Source of the DNA: Coriobacteriaceae bacterium
GTDB lineage: Bacteria; Actinomycetota; Coriobacteriia; Coriobacteriales; QAMH01
DNA: 64,000 bases
Direction: 5' to 3'
NCBI GenBank assembly: GCA_021203765.1
Contig: JAJQAN010000026.1
Location: forward strand, 2,010 to 66,009
Part shown: piece after piece, positions 43,822-51,986 of the stretch
How positions within the stretch are numbered: the first letter of the stretch is position 1
Layout: each line of letters opens with the position of its first letter
Made by a program: the position numbers and the translations under genes
The notes under the pieces: generated by a model
Seen by the model: only the letters and a program-made list of their open reading frames with translations
The model's database searches: none
Told to the model about the DNA's origin: nothing

Positions 43822-45762
43822 TTAGAGCCCGGTCGCCTTGTAGATGTAGTTCTCGCGGATCGTGCCCCTGTGGGCGACCTTCTTGGTGACGATCTTGGTC
43901 ACCGTCTTCTTTTTCTTCTTCCCGCTTTTGGTCTTGACCTTCTTGGTGACCTTCTTCTTCACCTTCTTGGTCGTGTAGTACGTGCCGTAGTACGAGTGGT
44001 AGAAGCCGACGTAGAGCACCTTGCCGACGAAATAGACCCCTTCGATCTCGTAGGCCGTGGGAACGGTGAAGCGCTTGACGTAGGTGCCGTCCCAGTCGTA
44101 GATCATGATGATGTTGCCCGAACCGCCCGATATCGTCGACTCGCTGATGAGAAGGTAGTCGTCGGTCGAGGTCATGCCCTGGTAGGTCTGCTCGACCTTG
44201 GAGGACGGTGCGACATAGGCGATTGCCGAAAAATTCTGGTCGACGATGAGCAGGTTGTGCGAGGTGCCGAGCAGCAGGACGTATTGCTTGCGCGTCGAAT
44301 TGTAGGTGATGCCAGCCAACTTCTTGATGTTGTTGACCTGAGAGGTCGTCGCTCCGTCGAGCTTGGTCTCGACCTTGATGTCGACGCTTTTGGTGACCTT
44401 GAGCGTCTTGGGATTGATGAGCGATATGCGCAGCGGGTTGGTCGTGTTGTGGATGACGGCGATCCGGTTCTTGTCGGGGTTCCACGTCATATCGTTGCCG
44501 TGACCGATGTTGAGGACTTTGGAGACCTTGACCACCTTGCGATTTGAGACACGCATCTTGACGATGCGACATTTCTCTTTGTTCTGGTTATACATCGCAT
44601 AGAAGGCGAATGTGCTGTTGGCGCAGCATCCTTCCAGCGTGTCGTATTTGTATCGCTTGAGTCCGGCACGGTCGCGCAACTCCAGGGCCTTGCCGTTCTT
44701 GCGCTTGACGCGTTTGATGCTCATATTGGTGGCTTTACCGGCGTTTTTCGAGCGGACCCACGGGGAATAGTAGGTCGTGCCGTCGTAGGTCACGTACGAA
44801 CGGACGCGCGCGTAGTAGGTTTTCGACTTCGTCAAGCCCGTCGCGGTATAGGAATTGGTCGCATACCCCTTCACCTTGGTGCTCTTCTTCGTCGCAAACA
44901 CACTGTTCTTCGACCACTGGACCTGGTAGCCGGTCACACCGCTCTTCTTGGTCCACTTGATGGTTGCGCTTGTCTTGTCTGAGGAACGCGAGATGCTCTT
45001 GAAGGTCGGCGTCGGCGCCTTGTAGATGGTCGAGCTCGCATAGCTGTCACTGAGCAGGACGTTGCCGGCCGAGTCGTTGAAGTAGGTGTAGAGGCGGTAG
45101 GTGTAGAACATGTTGTCAAAGATGTCGGCGTCGGCATACTGACGGCGGTTCGTGGAATTCATCTTGCTGATACGCGTGAAGCCCTCATCCTCCGGCGTCG
45201 GGTTGCTGACAACAGGCGGCTCCTCTTCCCCGGGCTCTTCACTTTCGGTTGCGGACGCGTTCGGGTCGTCGGCCTTGCGGTAGAGGACATAGCCGACATC
45301 CTGCGAGCTCTTGTTCCACTGCAGTTTGATGGAGCCTGCGGTCTGGCTCGTCGCGGTCAGTGAGACGGCTTTGGGCGGCGTATCGGAGACGGCGACGGCA
45401 AGCGGCATGATGGCCGCATCCGAAGCGGCATCGTCGAAGGGCTCCGGAAAGGAATCGGTCTCCGCGTCCGGATCGGCTTCAGGATAGGCAACGTCATCTT
45501 CGACGGCCGTCACATCGGTGGGTTCGTCCACAACGACGCCATCGTCTTTCGAGAGGTCTTCGGAGATCGCAGGCTCATCGGCGGAGGTCTGAGCGTCGGT
45601 CTGTTCCGGGAGATCGGATGAGGCGCCTTGCGCAGAATCGGAAGCGAAGGCGGAAAAAAGACCGCTCGGCGCCAGACCGACCAGCAACGCAAGCGCGAGC
45701 AGGGCGATGCCCGCCCTTTGGAGCGTGCGGCACGGATGTAGGCAGGATTTTCCGTTCTTCAT
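43822..45762 (-). CDS. Secreted protein: signal peptide, acidic linker, two Fn3-like domains, beta-rich (propeller-like) domain, and a lysine-rich ribbon near the C-terminus
   Basis: N-terminal IALLALALLVGLAPSGLFSAFA signal-like segment. Fn3-like segments (GSIKLQWNKSSQDVGYVLYRK; TSATIKWTKKSGVTGYQVQWSKN...TYYARVRSY). C-terminal TTKKVKKKVTKKVKTKSGKKKKKTVTKIVTKKV. Visibly lower GC than its neighbours. Confidence 0.7.
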   Translation of the reverse strand: MKNGKSCLHPCRTLQRAGIALLALALLVGLAPSGLFSAFASDSAQGASSDLPEQTDAQTSADEPAISEDLSKDDGVVVDEPTDVTAVEDDVAYPEADPDAETDSFPEPFDDAASDAAIMPLAVAVSDTPPKAVSLTATSQTAGSIKLQWNKSSQDVGYVLYRKADDPNASATESEEPGEEEPPVVSNPTPEDEGFTRISKMNSTNRRQYADADIFDNMFYTYRLYTYFNDSAGNVLLSDSYASSTIYKAPTPTFKSISRSSDKTSATIKWTKKSGVTGYQVQWSKNSVFATKKSTKVKGYATNSYTATGLTKSKTYYARVRSYVTYDGTTYYSPWVRSKNAGKATNMSIKRVKRKNGKALELRDRAGLKRYKYDTLEGCCANSTFAFYAMYNQNKEKCRIVKMRVSNRKVVKVSKVLNIGHGNDMTWNPDKNRIAVIHNTTNPLRISLINPKTLKVTKSVDIKVETKLDGATTSQVNNIKKLAGITYNSTRKQYVLLLGTSHNLLIVDQNFSAIAYVAPSSKVEQTYQGMTSTDDYLLISESTISGGSGNIIMIYDWDGTYVKRFTVPTAYEIEGVYFVGKVLYVGFYHSYYGTYYTTKKVKKKVTKKVKTKSGKKKKKTVTKIVTKKVAHRGTIRENYIYKATGL

Positions 45763-45930
45763 ACGGCGTATCTCCTTCTGCGATGCAATGCTGCGTTTGA
45801 GAACCCGATGAAATCGGGATGTATAGCGCTCAACTCTAGCACGAAAACGAGGAACTACGTCCTCTGCACCGATTCTTCAAAAAGGAAACTGCAGGTTGTG
45901 ACGATGCGTACGCGCCGATACGGGCGCGAA

Positions 45931-47082
45931 TCAGGCGGCTGCGGCGGCCGGGGCGGCCATCCGGGCGGCCTCCTCCTGCTCGGCAGCCTCCGCATCTTCG
46001 CGATCCAAGACGAGTTGCATGGCCGCGATGGCGCATTCGATCATGCCGTCGTCCGGCGGGTTGGTGGTCAGGCGCTGCATCTGCATGCCAGGCCACAGGA
46101 TGACCTTGACGAGCGGGTTTTCGGGGCGGCTGCCCGCCCACTTGACGGTGATCTCGTAGCCGACGCCGGCGATGATCGGCATGAGGATGATGCGCGTCAG
46201 CACGACGAGCAGAAAACGCAACGGGCCGCCCGTGACACCGGTCAAATCGATGAGGGCGTTGATGGGACCGCCCAGGATGGTATACACAAGGATGGCGATG
46301 ATGAGCACCATGACCATGAAGGCGGTGCCGCAGCGCACGTGCAGCGTCGGGAACTGCTGGGCGTTCTCCGGCGTCATGTCGAGCGCGTGCTCGTAACAGT
46401 GGATGGTCTTGTGTTCGGCGCCGTGGTAGCCGTACATGCGCTTGATGTCCTTCATGAGGCTGATAAGCCACATGTAGGCGACGAAGATGGCGACGCGCAA
46501 AAGCCCGTCGAGGATGTTCCACCAGACGGTGTTCATGGCCGCCTCGCCTAAGATGAGATTGCTCAAAAGCGCGGGTACGGCGACGAAGATGGCGATGCCG
46601 AGCACGATGCCGACGACCATGGAGACCCCCATGACGGCAGCGGGCATGCCGCCGGACTCCTCCTTATCGTCTTTCGCTGCCTCTTCGACGGGCGCCTCCG
46701 AGCGTACAGGCTCTGCCGACGTATCGACGACGGCGGCGGCGACCTCGTCAGCCGCCTCGGACGTGTCGGTGGAATCCTCCTCGTCCTCGTCGAAGTCGTA
46801 GGCGTGGTCGGCGGCGATGTTGAGCGCCTTGAAGCCCAAGATGAGCGATTCGACGAAGGCCGTGCAGCCTCGGATGATGGGCCAGTACATCCAGCTGTTC
46901 TTCTTGCGGCCGGATGCCAGGTCGTGTTCTTCGGTGTAGATGTTGCCGTCGGGTTCGCGCACGGCGACCGCCCAGTTGTAGCGGCCGCGCATCATGATGC
47001 CTTCTATGAGCGCCTGGCCGCCAATATGGGTGCGGCAGGAGACATCGACGTCTGCCTTGAACGCGTTTTTCGACTCACCCAA
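45931..47082 (-). CDS. DUF1385-family membrane protein (YqhQ-like)
   Basis: IGGQALIEGIMMRG, YHGAEHKTIHCYE, HVRCGTAF. Carries an internal acidic insert. The ATG abuts the thyX stop. Confidence 0.8.
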   Translation of the reverse strand: MGESKNAFKADVDVSCRTHIGGQALIEGIMMRGRYNWAVAVREPDGNIYTEEHDLASGRKKNSWMYWPIIRGCTAFVESLILGFKALNIAADHAYDFDEDEEDSTDTSEAADEVAAAVVDTSAEPVRSEAPVEEAAKDDKEESGGMPAAVMGVSMVVGIVLGIAIFVAVPALLSNLILGEAAMNTVWWNILDGLLRVAIFVAYMWLISLMKDIKRMYGYHGAEHKTIHCYEHALDMTPENAQQFPTLHVRCGTAFMVMVLIIAILVYTILGGPINALIDLTGVTGGPLRFLLVVLTRIILMPIIAGVGYEITVKWAGSRPENPLVKVILWPGMQMQRLTTNPPDDGMIECAIAAMQLVLDREDAEAAEQEEAARMAAPAAAAA

Positions 47083-47757
47083 TCAGATCTCGACCTTTTT
47101 CCACGGCTTGCCACAGGACATCTTGCCTTCGGGACAGACACCGCTCGTGCAACCCGGTCCAGCGATCGAGAAGATGTACGGTGCCGTCGGGGTCACTAAT
47201 TCTAGCATCTTCATCGCCACTTCACGTATCTCCCACTGGGCACGGTTACAGCATCGTAAACTGAAGAAGTGGAGGAGTTCACGGATGTTCATGGTAACGA
47301 CGATCTTCGTCTCGCAGGCGTTCGGCAGCAGATAGCGGGCGTCTTCGGCCGGAACCCCCGCCTCGATCAGCTGGCTGTAGGCCTCAAACGCCGCGGTCGC
47401 GGCCTTATCGAAGGCCTCCTCCTGGCCGGCCTCGACGACCGTGTCCGGGGTGATGAACTCCGGCTCCTCCTGGAAGGTGACATAGCGCTGCGACTGCTGG
47501 TTGAACGAGGCCATGCGATGGCGGACCAGCTGGTGGGTCATCGCACGGGAGACCCCGTCGATGGCGAAGGTGTAGGAGGCGTGCTCGAGCGTGGAGAAGT
47601 GCCCGCCGCGCAGAATCGTGGTCAGCACCTTGTGGATGCGCTCCTCATCGAGCGTTTCCATCAGCTCCTTCGCGCCGACCGGCGCATAGCACAGACGTGC
47701 CGCCGTCGCCACGGCACGTTCCGGATCGGGGGTGTGATAGAGCAGTTCGACCTGCAT
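47083..47757 (-). CDS. thyX: FAD-dependent thymidylate synthase
   Basis: GHFSTLEHASYTF and the ThyX motif QLVRHRMASFNQQSQRY. Start set to ATG 47757, with GAGGAGG upstream. Confidence 0.9.
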   Translation of the reverse strand: MQVELLYHTPDPERAVATAARLCYAPVGAKELMETLDEERIHKVLTTILRGGHFSTLEHASYTFAIDGVSRAMTHQLVRHRMASFNQQSQRYVTFQEEPEFITPDTVVEAGQEEAFDKAATAAFEAYSQLIEAGVPAEDARYLLPNACETKIVVTMNIRELLHFFSLRCCNRAQWEIREVAMKMLELVTPTAPYIFSIAGPGCTSGVCPEGKMSCGKPWKKVEI

Positions 47758-47916
47758 GATGAGACCTCCTCGACAGCCGGCGGCCCATCGGGCCGCACGA
47801 ATCGTTGGTATGCCAAGCAGTGTAGTACAGGCACGGGGCGGGATGGCGGGATGGCGGCCGCGGACTCCCGCGAACACCACGGGGCGCGCCCTCAAAGGGC
47901 ACGAAAGGGCGCAGGG

Positions 47917-50900
47917 CTAATCATCGTCGTTGCTGGTGCGTTCGTTCTCGTCGAAGCCCTTCGAAGCTTCCTTCTGCTCTTCGTTGAAGAGCTCGGCGCG
48001 GTACTTCTCGTATTCGGTCGCCTTGGTGTGCTCCGTCGGGGTGTTGACGACGATCTGCGGGAACGGTATGTCGATCTCGTGATCGTCGAAGAGAAGTTTC
48101 ATCTCGCGGTTGAGATCGCGTTCGAGCTGCGGGCGGTCCTTCTCCTCGCACTGCACTGCGATGCGGAGCATGACGGCGGAGTCCTCGAAGGCCACGACGC
48201 CACGGTAGTACGGGCCCTTGATGATGGCAGGCAGGCGCTCGCCGATCTTGGGCAGCTCCTCGGCAAGGATGTTCTCCACGCGTTCGATCGATTCGTCGTA
48301 GTCGATGCCGACCTCGATGGAGAGATAGGAGTACTTCTTGGTCATGTTGATGACGTCGTTGACGTCGCTGTTGCGGATGATCTTGATGTTCTGGGCGGCG
48401 TCCTCGATCTTGATCGTGCGTATGCCGATCTCCATGACGGTGCCGCGCCAGTCGTCGACTTTGATGATGTCGCCCACCCTGAACTCGCCTTCGAAGATGA
48501 TGAAGAGGCCGGAGATGATGTCGCCCACCAGCTCCCGTGCACCGAGGCTGATGGCGATGGAGAGGATGCCGGCCGAGGCGAGGAGCGTGGTCGTGTCGAT
48601 GCCGATGAGGACGAGACAGTAGTAGATCATGCCGATGGCGGTGGCGTACTTGATGAAGCTGCGCAGCAGGCGACAGATGGTCTCGCCGCGGGCGTTGAGT
48701 ACACCGCCGAGCAGCGACAGGAGCCACTCTATGACCACGACGAGCGTGACGGCGACGCAGATGAACATGATGCAGGCGGTGATGGCGAAGATGTTGAGGC
48801 CGTGCTCCCAGTTGCCGCCGAGGATGTAGGCGAAGATGGAGTCGCTTGCAAAGATCTGGTCCTGGAAGATGACGAGGATGAAGACGAAGACGACGAAGAT
48901 CCCCAGCACCCAGCGCAGTATCGACGAGGTCTTCTGCCACGCCGTCCGCTCGTTCCAGGCAAACGACGAGTTGAGCCAGCGGCTCGCCGCCGAGTCCGTT
49001 CTGACGGTACGGCCGCCCGGCAACTCCACATCGATGATGCGCCCGCTGCCCCCGGCGTCGGGGTCGCCTGCTCCGTAGATGCGAATTTTGCGCTTAGGCC
49101 CAAAGGAGAGCAGGAAGAACACGATCAGCAGGCAGACGAGTGCCACCGCCCCGACGACCAGCGTCAGGGGCACCCGCTCGTCCATGAGCTCGTCTTCGGT
49201 GGTGGCGATGTAGAAGTAGTAGTTGTCCGTCTCGGCCGAGGAGGCGTAGTAGGTCGTGCCGTCTATGGTGAGGTAGTCGCAGTAGCCGTCCTTGAGCTCG
49301 CGCTCCGTCATGCCGAAGTCGAAGACGGACTCGCCGATGAGCAGCGGGTCGGGATAGTAGGCGAAGGTGTCGTCGTCGCGGTTGACCGCGAAGGCGAAGC
49401 CGTCGGAACCGGACTTGACCCCTTCGAGGACGGTGTCGATCTGCGCGGTCTCGAGCAGGCTTTCGAGGAAGGCCGGCCGCACGGCGACCTGCACGATGCC
49501 GTCCACCTTGCCCGATGCGTCGTGGAGTGGCACCCCGATGTACTGCCAGATCTCTCCGGAGTTCTCGTCGGTCTGCGGATCCTGGACCACCGAGTCCACC
49601 TCGCCGTGCAGCAGCAGCGTGAAGTCATAGGACGGATCGTCCGGATCGTCGCTCAGATGCTCGGTGACGATGGCGGAACTCGTCGCCGTCATCGTCCCGC
49701 TCGCGTCGTAAACGAGGATGTTCTCGGTCTGCAAGACGTCGGCCAGCTTGACGAGGGACTCATGGTTTTCGAGCGAGGGATTCTGATCGAGGATGTAGGC
49801 GGCGATGCGGCAGGTGGGCAGGTAGCGCTCGCCGTACTGGTCGTTCAAGGTTTCGACGCGGTCGAGCGAAGTTTCCATGCTCGCAACCGTCTCCTTGATG
49901 CGCTCGTTGTTCGCGACGGATTCGGAGGAAAGCGCAAACAGCGTCTGCATGTAGAAGGAGACGACGAGTATGAGGATGAAGCCGACGAGCGAGAGGACCG
50001 CCGCCTTGCGGGCGAGCGGCCGGTTGAAGTGCGAGGTCCTCACCTCCTGCAGCTCCTCATCTGTCTCGGTACTGACGGAGTTTTCGCGCTCGTCCTCGCG
50101 CATGGCGAAGATGCCGTACATGATGACGACGAGCATGACCGCAAGGAAGGCGAACAAGATGATGCCCACCGTGATGTTGCGGGCGGACGTCATGTCGCTT
50201 TCCGGTATCGCCGCCACGTAGTACATGTTGTCGATCTGGGTGACGCCACAGTAGTAGCGCTGCCCGTCGATGTTCATCCAAGAAAGGTTGCCTTCCTCCA
50301 GATCCTCGACAGGGACGCCGTGGACGAGCGCGTCGGTGTTGATAAGCGAGGCGTCCGGATAATATTCGACCAGATAATCCCGGGACGAAATGGAGAAGAT
50401 GAAACCGCTTTGGCCGACGGTGATGTCCTCGACGACGCTTGCGGTCGAACCGGCATCCGCGATGAGCTCACGCAGCTCTGTCGGGTCCTTTTCGATGACG
50501 GCCATGGTGTTATCGTCGATCTGGGCGGCGTAATAACGCATGAGCCAGTCCTTGTCGGGAACCTCGATCTCGACCGCCTCGGAAGGCTTCCCGTCGTCGA
50601 AGACCGTCCGCAGCTGGTTGAAGCGCGAAGAGCTAAAGTCGGCGAGCGTGTCTTGTGCCTGCGCCACGATCTTGCCGCCTTTGGTGACCACCAAGACGTT
50701 GTCGACGTCGAGGAGGTCTTTATACTCGCGCATCTTGGCGTTGGTCGCCTTGAAGCCGGCGTTGTTGTGCGCCATGAAGCCGATGCTGCCGACCAGCGTC
50801 TGACAGGTCTCGTCGAACGAGCGTGTCGTCTCGGCGACGCTGGCGTCGGCCGAGCCGATCCGATCGGGCAGGTCGGCGAGTTCTTCTTGGATCTCTTCGG

Positions 50901-51018
50901 TGTAGTTGTCCAGGTAGAGATTGGTCTGCATCGTGGAGAGGAGCACGCCCATGACGGCCATGCTGGCGACCGCGACGACGATGAGGAGGACGATTTTTAT
51001 CTTAAGAGTCCTGGACAT
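47917..51018 (-). CDS. MscS-family mechanosensitive channel with two tandem Cache-like extracytoplasmic modules
   Basis: The C-terminus has an MscS core (LGARELVGDIISGLFIIFEGEFRVGDIIKVDDWRGTVMEIGIRTIKIED...IRNSDV). The N-terminal roughly 660 aa consist of TM-ectodomain-TM repeated twice. The ectodomains contain Cache-like strings (SGFIFSISSRDYLVEYYP; DGFAFAVNRDDDTFAYYP). Confidence 0.8.
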   Translation of the reverse strand: MSRTLKIKIVLLIVVAVASMAVMGVLLSTMQTNLYLDNYTEEIQEELADLPDRIGSADASVAETTRSFDETCQTLVGSIGFMAHNNAGFKATNAKMREYKDLLDVDNVLVVTKGGKIVAQAQDTLADFSSSRFNQLRTVFDDGKPSEAVEIEVPDKDWLMRYYAAQIDDNTMAVIEKDPTELRELIADAGSTASVVEDITVGQSGFIFSISSRDYLVEYYPDASLINTDALVHGVPVEDLEEGNLSWMNIDGQRYYCGVTQIDNMYYVAAIPESDMTSARNITVGIILFAFLAVMLVVIMYGIFAMREDERENSVSTETDEELQEVRTSHFNRPLARKAAVLSLVGFILILVVSFYMQTLFALSSESVANNERIKETVASMETSLDRVETLNDQYGERYLPTCRIAAYILDQNPSLENHESLVKLADVLQTENILVYDASGTMTATSSAIVTEHLSDDPDDPSYDFTLLLHGEVDSVVQDPQTDENSGEIWQYIGVPLHDASGKVDGIVQVAVRPAFLESLLETAQIDTVLEGVKSGSDGFAFAVNRDDDTFAYYPDPLLIGESVFDFGMTERELKDGYCDYLTIDGTTYYASSAETDNYYFYIATTEDELMDERVPLTLVVGAVALVCLLIVFFLLSFGPKRKIRIYGAGDPDAGGSGRIIDVELPGGRTVRTDSAASRWLNSSFAWNERTAWQKTSSILRWVLGIFVVFVFILVIFQDQIFASDSIFAYILGGNWEHGLNIFAITACIMFICVAVTLVVVIEWLLSLLGGVLNARGETICRLLRSFIKYATAIGMIYYCLVLIGIDTTTLLASAGILSIAISLGARELVGDIISGLFIIFEGEFRVGDIIKVDDWRGTVMEIGIRTIKIEDAAQNIKIIRNSDVNDVINMTKKYSYLSIEVGIDYDESIERVENILAEELPKIGERLPAIIKGPYYRGVVAFEDSAVMLRIAVQCEEKDRPQLERDLNREMKLLFDDHEIDIPFPQIVVNTPTEHTKATEYEKYRAELFNEEQKEASKGFDENERTSNDDD

Positions 51019-51030
51019 GCCGCTTCCCCG

Positions 51031-51873
51031 TCAGTCCCACTTGTCGATCAGCCAGGCGATGGTGCCGTCGTCGAGCATGCCCTGGATGGTTTCGGAGACC
51101 GGCTCGCTCAAGGCGGAGTCCTTCTGGGTGGCCACGCCGTATTCCTGTGTGGCGATCTGAAAGTCGAGCAGGTGGCGCTCGTCGTTCATGAAGGTGTAGG
51201 AGATGGCGCCGTCCATGCAGGCGGCGTCGATCGTGCCTTCCTCGAGGGCATCGGAAAGATCCTGATAGGACGTCAGCTGTACCAGGTGGAAGTTGTCGAA
51301 GAGCACATCGGAGTTGTCCTCGTTGGCCTTGATGGGCTCCCCGGAGGTGAAGCCGATCTCGGCCAGGCGCTCGGTCAGCTGCGCGGCGGCATTGGAACCG
51401 GCCACCGTACCGAAGGTGCCGCCCTTCAGATCCTCGATGTCGTCGAAGAGCGAGGAGTCCTCCACCATGATGACGGAGACGTCCTCGTAATACGCCGGAG
51501 AGAAGTCGAAGTTCTCCAGGCGCGTGTCGGCGATCGAATAGCAGGCGATGATGCAGTCGACCTCGCCGTTTAAGAGCTGTTCTTTGCGTGTTTCGGGTGT
51601 TGCGGTGATGAATTCGACGTCGGCGTAGCCCATACGGGAGGCCATCTCGTCGGCGATGTCGATCTCCAGTCCCGAGTACTTGCCGGCCTCTTCGTTGTAG
51701 TAGCCGAAGCCGGAGACGTTGGCGCGCACGCCGACGCGCAGCGTGCCGGTGCCCGACGAGGCGCTCCCGTCATCCGCGCCGCAGCCGACGAGGCCGGCGA
51801 GGGCGAGACAGAAAAGCAAGACGACACACGCGACGAGTGCCGCTCTCCATCTTCTCGTCCGTACCATCTGCAT
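51031..51873 (-). CDS. Family-3 (amino-acid type) solute-binding lipoprotein, orphan
   Basis: Lipobox LAGLVGC. LRVGVRANVSGFGYYN, GLEIDIADEMASRMG and DCIIACYSI are typical of SBP_bac_3. The stop lies 12 nt before the channel gene start. The true start may be the second ATG (51867). Confidence 0.8.
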   Translation of the reverse strand: MQMVRTRRWRAALVACVVLLFCLALAGLVGCGADDGSASSGTGTLRVGVRANVSGFGYYNEEAGKYSGLEIDIADEMASRMGYADVEFITATPETRKEQLLNGEVDCIIACYSIADTRLENFDFSPAYYEDVSVIMVEDSSLFDDIEDLKGGTFGTVAGSNAAAQLTERLAEIGFTSGEPIKANEDNSDVLFDNFHLVQLTSYQDLSDALEEGTIDAACMDGAISYTFMNDERHLLDFQIATQEYGVATQKDSALSEPVSETIQGMLDDGTIAWLIDKWD

Positions 51874-51986
51874 ATGCTCCCGGGGCCGAATCTTTACGAG
51901 TTAGACGTGTTGGCGTCCATTATAGGTTATAGGCAGCGAGAAATAATCCGCCTCAAGCGATTTTTTGTGCCTGTCTGATGTGACGG

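Noticed and set aside
43822-45930. Mobile-element origin of the lower-GC secreted-protein gene
   Set aside because: No transposase, integrase, tRNA target or clear flanking direct or inverted terminal repeats were found. I retained only 'possible horizontal acquisition' as an inference in the findings.
47083-47190. Cysteine-rich C-terminal tail of ThyX (GPGCTSGVCPEGKMSCGKPWKK) as a novel metal site
   Set aside because: I cannot exclude that this tail is common among ThyX orthologs of related anaerobes. The observation alone is insufficient to call it unusual.
47269-51573. 1434-aa plus-strand ORF, the longest in the track
   Set aside because: It runs antisense across three well-supported minus-strand genes (thyX, the MscS-family channel and the SBP). 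Its composition is the V/D/G/E/R/A-rich, motif-free pattern typical of the open antisense frame of high-GC coding DNA.
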